DNA of 64,000 nt, taken from Asterias rubens (taxonomy: Eukaryota). This document shows, one piece after another, positions 20,965-31,442 of the stretch (positions are counted from its first letter, which is position 1; every line of letters starts with the position of its first letter). The DNA lies in contig NC_047083.1 in NCBI RefSeq assembly GCF_902459465.1, forward strand, positions 992,001-1,056,000, read 5' to 3'. The notes under the pieces were generated by a model, which searched no databases, was not told where the DNA came from, and was given only the letters and a program-made list of their open reading frames with translations. Made by a program: the position numbers and the translations under genes.

Positions 20965-21753
20965 ATGTTTCACTGTGACATTTGTAAAAAAGACTTTGCA
21001 TGCAGAAACAACCTAACAAACCATCAACGAGTCCACACTGGAGAGAAACCGTATGTTTGCAACACTTGTGGGAAATCCTTCGCTCAGAGCAGCTCCTTAA
21101 GGAGGCACCAGAACGTCCACAGTGGAGAGAAAACTTTTGTTTGTGAAGTATGTGGGAAAGCCTTCTCAAGTAACACTATACTTACACAACATAACAGTGT
21201 TCATAGCGGAGAAAGACCATTTGCTTGTGATATTTGTGGAAAAGCATTCTGTTTTAAAGATGCTTTGGTAAAACATAGGCGAGTCCATACTGGAGAGAAA
21301 CCATTTATTTGTGGTACTTGTGGAAAAGGTTTTTCACAGAAAAACAACCTGTCTCAACATCAACGGGTCCACACTGGAGAGAAACCATTCGAGTGTGACA
21401 TTTGTGGGACATTTTTTTCACATAAAACCAATCTCGTCCAACACCAGGTTGTGCACACTGGTGAGAAACGATTTGTTTGCGGCATTTGCGGAAAAGCCTT
21501 CCAGCGCAAATCCATCCTTGCAGATCATCAGAGAAACCATACGGGTTCTTATGTGACAGAGAAAACCTGCGTTTGTGAGATTTGTGGGCGGGCTTTTACT
21601 CAAATATACACCCTAAAGAAACACCAAAAGATCCACACAGAAGTGAAACGTTTTGTTTGTGGTATTTGTGGAAAATCCTTCGTATTGATGGCTTATCTGG
21701 AACAACATCAAAGAGTCCACCCTGCAGATTTGAAAAGCCTTGGTACTGATTAA
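20965..21753 (+). CDS. ZNF-5: C2H2 zinc-finger protein, 9 fingers; N-terminus looks decayed (possibly truncated or pseudogenising)
   Basis: 9 canonical fingers. Exon 1 donor at 19654, acceptor acacAG at 20489-20490. About 470 nt with several upstream ATGs and a frameshifted finger precede ATG 20965. Confidence 0.8.
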   Translation: MFHCDICKKDFACRNNLTNHQRVHTGEKPYVCNTCGKSFAQSSSLRRHQNVHSGEKTFVCEVCGKAFSSNTILTQHNSVHSGERPFACDICGKAFCFKDALVKHRRVHTGEKPFICGTCGKGFSQKNNLSQHQRVHTGEKPFECDICGTFFSHKTNLVQHQVVHTGEKRFVCGICGKAFQRKSILADHQRNHTGSYVTEKTCVCEICGRAFTQIYTLKKHQKIHTEVKRFVCGICGKSFVLMAYLEQHQRVHPADLKSLGTD

Positions 21754-22990
21754 GAGTGTTACTTTTGAACTTACTACCTACCCTTCTTTGTAAAGGAAGA
21801 AGCACTGATCTGGTCGTTCAGCTCAGTGACTTTCAAAAACTCTGTTGTAGGAAAACACTTCGAGACATCAACTGTGTGACCTTTGTGGAAAGGCCTTCTC
21901 ACTCAAAACTGATTTAAATGGTCATCCGTTAACCCATGAGAAAGAGAGAGAAGAGCCGTTTATTTGTGACTTTTGCGGCAAAGCATTCTCAAATAAAACC
22001 AGACAAGGCAGTACTAGGGCCCAATTTCATAGCGGTGTTTATTGGTAAGCAACTTTTTGTGCTTACCGTAGCTAAACAATTTGCTACACTGCTAGCGTAT
22101 ATTGCACAGGTTCAAAGAAAAATTACGCCGCCATATTGCGCGTTCACAAAGAATTTGCATTGTTGTTGCAGTAAGCACTAAGCACCGCAAGGTTAGCACG
22201 CCATTTCGTGTACTTTCAGTTAGAAATTGCATTGTATCCAAAGCCATTAATTTTGAGCGCTTCTGATCATTTAGTCTATCTTTATGATCTACCATAAAAC
22301 TGATCGACCTCGCAATGGTGTCCCGGGAAACATTTTTCAACACTCCCTAACTGATTAAAGAAGTCCTGGGCAAAACGCTGATGGGTGACAAGAATATACA
22401 AACTACCCAATTGGAACCAAAATCACAGATTACATATGTGTAATATTCCACATTTTTATTGCAGAGTACAGTTGAATACAAAATATTAACAAATCTTCCT
22501 TATAATCCAACCATTTTGATGAATGTATCAAAGAAATTTGTGAGGGGCGACAACAAATTTCCCCCACTATTATTTGGTTGTAATGGATTATATATTTTTT
22601 GCAAAGAGTACTGTATGTGTTTTTAAGCTTTGCATGGTGGCATGAATCAAGTACATTAATAACCATTAGCCCATGTGACAAAAATGATGATTCTCGTCCC
22701 CTCCTGTTTTCTTTGCGGATAATGGCTCCTGTTTTTAGTAACTGAAAGTTTACAAATTGCCCATTTGGAAAGAAAACAAAATTATTACTAAAAACCTCTC
22801 TACCATGTATAAATTGCTGTCAATGCAAAAGTTTGTATAATTTGTTTCCATCATAATCCATACACCAAAAGGTTCTACTGCGCCAAGCTGTTTTTGTATG
22901 TCGCCCTCTCTTGAAGGAGTTTATTTTAGACATGATTCTTGTGTAGCTATAACACTTGTTGTAGCCCTCAGGATTGTGCATTTATCTTAA

Positions 22991-23357
22991 AGACTCTGGA
23001 CACTATTAGTATTTGTCAAAAACCAGTCTTCTCACCGAGTTTCTCACTTGGTGTATCGCACAAATGCATAAAATAACAAACCTGTGAAAATTTGAGCTCA
23101 ATTGGTCGTCGAAAGTTGCGAGATACTAATGAAAGAAAAAACACCCTTGGCACACAAAGTTGTGTGCTTTCAGATGCTTGATTTCAGGACCTCAAATTCT
23201 AAATTTAAATTTGTGGGTAATTACTTCTTTCTCACATAACTTCAGAGGGAGCCAGTTCTCACAACGTTTTATACTATCAACCTCTCCCCACTACTTGTAA
23301 CAAAGTAAGGCTTTATGCTAATAATTATTTTGAGTTATTATCAAGTGTCCACTGCCT
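22991..23357. mobile_element. MITE K1 (Kolobok-like)
   Basis: Full-length copy with TTAA flanks. Confidence 0.8.
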
Positions 23358-23724
23358 TTAACTAGAGAAAGATGCTATTCCAAAACAATGATGTACTGTA
23401 CTGTCTTAAAGGTCCTTTAAATATACCCATAAATGAAAAATATTTGATATTTTTGTACACCACATTTTTTCTCTAATTTTATTGCTACATGTATCTATTC
23501 ATAATATAGGCCTAAATTTAAGTTGAAAAATCTCTAATGCCATGAAATCTCAGTCTAGAACATACCAAAGGCATTTACACTTTCATTTGTTAAAAATATT
23601 GTAATGCAATCAAGATAAAATAAAATTGCTTTGAACGTTTCACAAATGAGTCCAACCACGCTGCACATTTTCAAACAAGTGTTTCTGGCCTCTTTGATGA
23701 AGAACAATATTTGTTATTTCCATA

Positions 23725-23965
23725 TTTGCCGGGAACTGTTTACGTACCTATGATCAACCTATATCGCACCTGGTCTTCTGGAATCCTCCTGGCGGACATC
23801 CAAACCGCGGCAGGAGGAAAATAAACTACGCAGACACCATCACCAGAGACACTTATCTCGGTCCAAACGAGACTCAACAACTCATGAGGGACAAAGCAAC
23901 CTGGCACCACTTCATCAATGCTACTTCTATTATTCTGTCCACGGACGAAGGAAGATGATGATGAT
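23725..23965 (+). mobile_element. 5'-truncated RTE-clade LINE fragment
   Basis: Start-less frame missed by the ORF track: FAGNCLRTYDQPISHLVFWNPPGGHPNRGRRKINYADTITRD...LMRDKATWHHF, ending in a (GAT)n tail. Typical RTE C-terminus. Confidence 0.75.
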
Positions 23966-24207
23966 TGCGTGCAAGGCCATTTGCATTTTGCAAAGCCTGG
24001 TACCTCTGTTGCCAAATCTTGAAGTCTATAAGGAAACTTCTGTAGGAGCACAGAGGCTAGGGCCCACTGAATCTACGGCCATCGAGTAAATCAACACTTG
24101 GGTTTGGTTACATTGACATGAATAGAAGAAAAAACAAATTGGCCGCACCTCTCTACATTGACAACTTACTGAAATATTTAACACACACAAATCTAAAAAG
24201 ATTAATT

Positions 24208-27200
24208 TTAGGAAGAGCTTTTTGGCATTTCTACAGGTTTATCGTCCATTAATGATTTCAGCTGCTGTCTGGCGCTTTCTAGGAATAAATCCAAACTCGC
24301 AAACGAACGATGTCTCGAAACGGAGTCCAACTGTAAGAAAAGAGAAAAATGTTCAGTTTATTTGAAAACCACTAACCACAACATTTAAGAGTTATTTTAC
24401 TAAAACTGAAATTGCTACATTGTCTTCTTCCTTCTCGTTTGGCTCTAATAGTGTTGAGAATATCTGTTTTTCTAGCCTATTTCACCCCACTGCAGGAGGA
24501 AGCCTCTTCACTGTTTCACTCTATCCTGCGTTGTCTGTTGCCAAGCAATGCCCCTATGTACTAAGACTTAGTAAAAAACATAAGACGGAGAGATGAACTT
24601 AGTCTAAGTTCATCTCTCCGTCTTATGTTTTTTTCTCCCTCTTTATTTTGTCTGGTTTCTTGGATTTTATAAGGGAGTTGAAAATTTCTGTTTTTCTAGC
24701 CTATTTCACTCCACTGCAGGAGGAAAGCCTCTTTACTAATTCTCCATCTCACTCTATGCTGCACTGTCTGTTGCCAAGCAATGCCCCTGTATGTACTTAG
24801 TTCATCTCTCCATCTTCTGTTTTGTTGCTTTGTTTTTCTTTTCTTGCCCACCTGTTGCCATACCTCCTTCCTGCCCATCTCCACTTTTGGAGACTTTTTT
24901 GAGAATATAATTATATTCAAATCCCCCAAAATTAACAACACAGTATAAGTTGGTTTGAGGTAACACCATTTGTGTATCTACTTGCCAGGTAGAGTTAGTT
25001 CTTCAGAGAATTGTCTTGCTATATATTTTACTACTGCGGAGTAGATCTATAGGATTTTACGGGAGATTTCTCAGTTTTGAAAAGAACTGTCTGCATAATA
25101 TATGCACAAACCATGAATAAATTATAAAACCTCACCCTCTTTTGCTCTGCGTTGTATTCTTCCATTGCTTTCCTAGAATTGACAGAGGCTTCTTCGATGG
25201 CCTCTAGGTGGCGCTTTCTCTCTTCCTCAAGTGCATTTTTTATCGCGACCTTTCATAAATGAATCAGAAAGAAATACTGACTCATTACTTTAAAGGGGAT
25301 AAGAAAATCGAACATCAAATTATGGAAAAAAGAAAGTGAACAGGGTACAGGAAAACACTCGATGTTCAAGAGAAGCATCTTGTTGAAACAGTGTTATACA
25401 AATAACTGGCCTTGAAGATTTTGCTTTAAAGTTATTCTGCATTTAAAATGGTTTCATTCTAGCAGATTCTTCTGAGGTACATAAGGTTACACCAGTGTGC
25501 CAACAGGAATGTTTTTCTTTTTTGCTGAGACTTTTGAGCCGTTCTGTTACTGCTTTTGTTAGCATTGTTAGGTTTTACCTTTACCAAGGCTAAGGGAAAA
25601 CTACTATGTTTTTTCCGCATTGCATTTAATTCATCAGTTGATTTTTTAATTATTCGTTATTTTGTGAGGTGATCTTTACTTTGCTGTTTTGTCGTTCCCT
25701 CTCTAACTCCGTTTGTAACGTTTCCCGATGGCACTTCTGTTCTTCCTCCAGTGATCTTGCCGCCTCGGATCTCTGTATTTCTAGCATCTCCTTGCCCTTT
25801 GACCTCTCCTCTTCTAGCGCCCTCTGGAGTGCTTCCTGATTAGTAGTTTGCATTTCCTGTCGAAAGAAGAGATTTGGTGATAGCACTCTTTGTATATTTG
25901 AGCCTGGTGCCCTTCAGGAAAGTTGTAATACATTGGTTCATCACGGATGACCTGAGGATGGTTGGCAAATTAAGTTTATTTTCATGGTTGTCAGCAGGGC
26001 TAGTAACTCAGAAGTTTTAGTAGCCCTGAGGAGTGAATGTGAAACCAGACTATTTTATACCAAGCCTCACTTTCGGCCTAATAAACTTGCATTCTAGAAA
26101 ACAAAAATGGTTGCCTTGTGGCCGCTACAAAACATACCTCAGTTGCTTTTTTGAGTTCCGATTTATTCTTATCTTGCTCTTCTCGTAAACACGTCTGAAG
26201 CATTGTCTTCTGAGTTTCTAGTTGTTCTTGCAACGCTTCTTTTAATCTGTCCTCGTTCTTCTGTCTCTCCTCGTCTAGAACATTTGCTAATCTGTCGTGC
26301 TGTAAAATGAATAACATCAACAACATTTATTATTGTTTTCTAGTCCTGTGGGAACCAACTCATGGGGTGATGGACGGTGATGGGCAGGACAGAGAACGAG
26401 CTATGTCAGTGTTCTCTGGATTGATGCTGGTGCAAGGACCATCAGAGCTGTATGCCTTAATATGGAATACAGAAGATTGGACATCCAGAATTGCCGGCAA
26501 GCCAACTGGTTCTGTGGGAACCAACTCATGGGGTGAGGGTTATGGACAGAAAGAGAATGAGCTTTGTCAGAGTCCCAAGGATTTATGCTGGTGTAGAGAC
26601 CATTAAGAGAGCTGTCTGTCTCTGAACAGAGAAGAGTGGATTTGTGGAAGGACGTTCCGCCTGCTGCCAGGCGACATAATTATTTTGATACAGCACAATA
26701 CATCTTGTTGTTTTTGGGGGTTTTTTTTCGGGGGGGGGGGGGGGGGGTTATAAAGTGAGACACTTCTCTTTACCTGACTTTTGAGGATTTCTTGACAGCG
26801 TTCCGTTTCCTTGGTGATGGCCACCTGCAGTTGTTTCTCACTTGCCTCTTGTTGCTGGAGGACTGCACATTTGCATAATTCCTGCATAAATTTGAATACG
26901 TAATAAAAGAATTTCAACAAAGAAAGAGCAAAGCGTACAGGGGCATTCTGCTGGTTTTTTTTTGTTTTTTTTTAATCTTCCATGTTTGCCCCCCAATAGA
27001 GAATAATACCTTGTACTCTTCAACAATGATGGCCAATGCATCATGCCCAGCCTTGCGTATCTCGTCCATTTCTAAAGCATGCCTGGCTTGGACTTGCTCG
27101 TAGCGTTGCTTCTGCTCGGCTGTTTCTTGACGGTGACCTTCAACCTCTTGTTCCAGGGCTTCTAGTTTCTGGGTCAGTTCATCTCTGATCTGAATATATA

Positions 27201-30200
27201 AATTGTATCGCCTTTGAATTAAGATTATACCCAATAACTCGGCAATGTTCCACAACTTTTTTTAAAACTTTCCTTCAGGCAAAAGACCTGAATTACCACC
27301 ATCTGTAGCTGCCTGCTTGTTAGTTGTACTCTTTGAAGGGAAGCAATTTATGGTAAAACATTCAAGTGAAGTCAACAAGCAATCAAAGTAATTTAAATAA
27401 AAAGCCTAGCAATAATCCATCAAAACTTGGTTGATTTGAACCATCTTTACAGATCAACAATAAGCGACTCATTTTGACCACTATTAATTTCTTCATTCTA
27501 GTATTTTAAACACCTAAACTTGCTTTAGAAAAGTTTTCACTGACCCTCTGTAAGCGACTTTTTTCTCTGTCTGCGGCTGACAGGCGATCTTCCAACCTTC
27601 CAACTTTTCCTGTCATCTCTGCTGCGAAGACTTCCACCGATGATGAAGAGCGTTGGACAAGGCGTTGACCTGCTGGAGAGTCTGCTGGGTCCTGGAAACG
27701 GTCGCCCTCTGCTGATGACGCTGCGTTGTGATTCTCAACAGGGAGAGGCCCGACAGCACCCTAAAGAAAAAGAAAAAATGCTGTTGATGAAGTCGTAATG
27801 CGAGAGTGTTCCATGCGTTACTATTATATTGAATATTTCTGTAATGAAATCAAGGATGCGTTATAAGTGAACATGATCACTGTAGCTTGCAAGCCTGAGG
27901 ATTTGTAACAAGGGTGCTTGCCATGAACATCAGGGTTAACCACTACTCTTCCTTGACAAGTGTTGTGGGTTCTTTTACGTGATCTACCAATCCTTTTACA
28001 CAGTACCTTTGGCTTTAATGCTTCGACTAAAGGACAAAGCAACGATGGTAAAGGACACAAACGCTACGACCGGGATTCAAATCCACACTCTGCCGATCAG
28101 AAACACAAGAACTTCCGTCCGGTGTTCACAACCGCTCGGCCAAGGTTCTTGAGTCCCTGAAATTGAAGAGACTTACCTCTACTCCGGCCAAGCCATCATG
28201 TAGGTTAACATCAACATCATCTAGATTATTATTGATAGACTGATTCTGCAAAGGGGCCACAGCCTGCTGTGCCTAGAAGAAAAGTATGATATTCAGTAAT
28301 ATTTCTTGACTCTGGGGTTTATTTCACAAAGATAGTCCTAACTTAGGACTAGTCCTGAGAGTTATTAAAAACTTAAAGGCAGGGGACACTATTGGTAATT
28401 ACTCAAAATAATTATTTGCATAAAAGCTTTCTTGGTGACAAGTAATGGGGAGAGGTTGATGGTATAAAACATTGTGAAAAACGGCTCCCTCTGAAGTGCC
28501 ATAGTTTTCTAGAAAGAAGTAATTTTCCACGAATTTGATTTCAAGACCTCAGGTTTAGAACTTGAGGTGTCGAAATCAACCATTTAAACGCACACAACTT
28601 CGTGTGACAAGGGTGTTTTTTTCTTTCATTATTATCTCGCAAATTCGATGACCGATTTTGCTCAAATTTTCACAGGTTTGTTATTTTATGCATATGTTGA
28701 GATACACCAACTGTGAAGGCTAGTCTTTGACAATTACCAATAGTGTCCACTGTCTTTAAGGCTAGTTAGGACAAGTGATTCGTCCTTATTTGAGATAAAA
28801 AGACTAGTCTTACATGAACTCTTTTTGAAATCCACCCCAGGGCACTTAAGAGCATAGAGACGCTTCAAGGTTCCTCGCGTTCGCTTAACAAATTGGGCCT
28901 AAATATTTGTATGCACGCTAGGCCTTCACACAGGCAATGGAGGCAAGTGCCCCTTGTCATTGCCTTGGTGCACTTTGAAAATTCAAATAGAAATTTACAA
29001 TTTACTCATATTAATTTTGTTTTTTACCCATACACCGATGTGTGTTAGCACTGTATACTCGGTACTTTCCCGAATCCTGTGCAAAAATATCACATGCATG
29101 TTACTCAGGTTTGATTCGAACCAACGACTTTTGCAATTTGAGAGCAGTGTCTTACCAACTAGACTACCGAGGTTGCCTGATAGCTAGAGGCATAGATGTG
29201 CCTTCATAGAGGTGCCTATTACTTAAGAGAGAAAGACTGCATCATTGTGCTGAAGTACAGGAGATGGAGCAATCCTACACAAGTGAATACGGGCATTAGT
29301 ATTTGTATTTGGGGCCCAGTCTATGGTAAAGTTAGCTCATTGGGTGAGTTAATTAAGCCGTTAGAAGTTGGTTGAGGGGGTTGGGGGACCTGCAAGCTAC
29401 ATTTACCTGAGCTTGCTGTCTGGAAGCCTCTGCTTGTGACGTCAGTTCAGGGGGTGCGGCAGCAACCATCTGGGGTACAGGGTCGGCAAAAGGGGGGTCA
29501 ATTTGTGGCTGGAGGGGCGGCTGGGTCTGGGCCATTAGGAGGTCTGGTTGCCCAGCTGCTGGGTTTTGAACGGAAGCTGCGGGAAAAACAGGTATTGTTT
29601 CGAACAATATGAAATATGTAACAAGGGGAAACATGCATTATGCCCCAACGTTGCTGAGCAGAAACAGAATACCAAGTGTGACATCATGTAGTAGTTTCGT
29701 TGCCAAATGCCTCTCTGCAATATTTTATGCTATAAAGCAGAGTATTAAGTAGATCAATATTTGCCGATGAACAGCTTTTCACAATTGGGAACTGATGAAA
29801 AAGCTGTACTTTAATTAAATACTGTACTTTTTTTCTACACGGGATTCAAAATATTTAGACTATATAGACCCCTTTGCATAGATTGGGGGCCCTAAATTCC
29901 ATACAAAACTTCTGAGCCAATATGAGAATTATCAACCCTTCTGAAATATTTGAGTGTTTTTGTTTCAGCGACGGATGCTGTGACGGTAATGATGACAATA
30001 GGTGTCATCTGCGCATGCGTCAGCTTTGAGGATGGTCATCCTTTAATTTCTAAGACAGTACTTGGGATGAATCTGCGAAAACGACAAAGTTTGGCTGAAA
30101 ACTACTAATATCGTCACAGAACAATCCGTCATTGAAAACAAAAACCCTCTATTGGGAATGGGACGGAGACGGGTGAAGTATGAGTTACCGATAGCAAAGG

Positions 30201-31442
30201 AGGCCCATGGTGAAGGGCTGGCCTCTACCCCTGGACCAGGCACCTGGTGGCCAAGCTCTGGAGGGGGTGGTGCTGCCTCCTCAAACCCCCCAAAGTCACC
30301 CCAGTCATCGTCAATCTCTCCTCCTGCTGCACCCTGAAGTCCAAATGATAAGAAAACATCAAATTACAATTGAAAACTAAACTGTGACAATTTAGAAGAA
30401 TGAACAAATCAATATGAGACTTCGGAACGCTAGTTAGCAGCAGACTTACCAGGTAAATTTCCATTGTTTACGTAGTTCTGAGCATGTGCACATTATCAAG
30501 AACGATTGTTTTTATGTGGTAAGTCTGCTGGCACCAAGCGTCCCGAAAGTTCCCTATAATTATTATAGTTGTCACAATTTTAACCTGCCTTCTTGATGTT
30601 GACTGCTCTATGATCTATCTAACATCCCTATGTTCCAACATCCCATGTTCAGACACCCCTAGTTTTGACAATATTCCCCTTATTTCCACTTGTGATCTAC
30701 TAGTTGTGATAACGTAACCCTCCTCCTTGCGGCCGTCGGGAGGAGGGTAACGTTATCGCAACTAGTGATCTACATGCTAGGATCAGGTTTAGGGAATTAT
30801 TGGAACGGCTCGGAACATCATTGTGACATTCGGATTCCCCAAATGGGGACTGCTAAAAAAGGAAGGTAGCTTCCCTTCAATGTAAAATATAGATTGTAAT
30901 TGTATTACTATTAAAATGCATACACCGCAAATTCCTCCCGACGGCGAAGGAGGAGTGTTACGTTATCGCAACTACCTTCAAAGTTCATTGCTAGTTCACA
31001 AAAGTAACTTGAGACATAAAAAAACACAATTTACATACAATGGTTGATTGATATTGATTGATTGAGTCAAGGAGGTAGAAAACGTTATAATTGAAGTTGT
31101 ACCTAAAAACTACTAGTATTAAAAATTAACATTTTATTTTCAAAGAAATTGATTTTAAGAAAGATATTAGTTAAAGTTAACGTTATTCATGTTATTTATA
31201 ATTCTTATATTATTATTCCAATATAACGATACATAAATAAATACGAATTCCACAAGGTTAGTTCATTCCTTTCCTCATTGTTCCTGAAAAATATTACCCT
31301 GAAACATTACAACTTAACCACATCTGACGGACCATGACGGACCAGGACCAGGAGAGTAGCCTACCTGAACTTGCGCCTGGGCCGCGGCCGCCGCTGCAGC
31401 CTCGGCCGCAGCATTCGGGAAGTTTGCCCAGTTGTCCGCCAT
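24208..31442 (-). CDS. CCDC91: Coiled-coil domain-containing protein 91 (GGA-binding partner p56), 10 coding exons, 490 aa
   Basis: Exons (-): 31442-31365, 30333-30189, 29576-29407, 27760-27545, 27189-27010, 26881-26774, 26299-26138, 25856-25680, 25249-25136, 24330-24208. All GT-AG with consistent phases. Hallmarks: DDDWGDFGGFE (cf. human DDDDFGGFE), RKAGHDALAIIVEEYK (cf. RKAGHEALSIIVDEYK), LDSVSRHRSFASLDLFL (cf. LDQVIRQRSLSSLELFL). Confidence 0.93.
28020..28150 (-). mobile_element. tRNA-derived SINE fragment (third family)
   Basis: On -: GGCCGAGCGGTT ... GGATTTGAATCCCGGTC, followed by non-tRNA body. Confidence 0.55.
28377..28755. mobile_element. MITE K1 nested in a P1 MITE (about 28315-28838)
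   Basis: TTAA flanks. The host halves GGGTTTATTTCACAAAG... and ...TGAAATCCACCC lie on either side. Confidence 0.8.
29005..29185 (-). mobile_element. tRNA-derived SINE family S1
   Basis: On -: A box GGTAGTCTAGTTGGTAA, B box GGTTCGAATC, then a body shared with 42695-42812 (+). Confidence 0.7.
30701..30764. mobile_element. 64-bp hairpin micro-MITE with 9-bp TSD
   Basis: TAGTTGTGATAACGTAACCCTCCTCC...GGAGGAGGGTAACGTTATCGCAACTA flanked by GTGATCTAC at 30692-30700 and 30765-30773. Relatives at about 30925-30974, 62045-62096 and 63235-63254. Confidence 0.75.

Noticed and set aside
318-21753. Regular 84-bp conserved/variable alternation resembling a CRISPR array
   Set aside because: The repeats encode TGEKP linkers and Cys/His positions in one continuous frame. 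The context is eukaryotic and there are no cas genes.
244-21805. Many minus-strand and off-frame ORFs over the ZNF arrays (e.g. 244-726, 5434-5949, 11423-11731, 17157-17480) with recurring MVSLQCG motifs
   Set aside because: They are shadows of the 84-bp finger periodicity (antisense of CACACTGGAGAGAAACCAT), with no independent splice signals or domain content.
23740-24051. 103-aa minus-strand ORF downstream of CCDC91
   Set aside because: It is the antisense of an RTE LINE fragment. CCDC91 already terminates at 24208.
27260-27345. Possible extra CCDC91 exon between 27545 and 27189
   Set aside because: The spacing to RKAGH already matches the remembered human sequence without it, and the donor candidates are weak.
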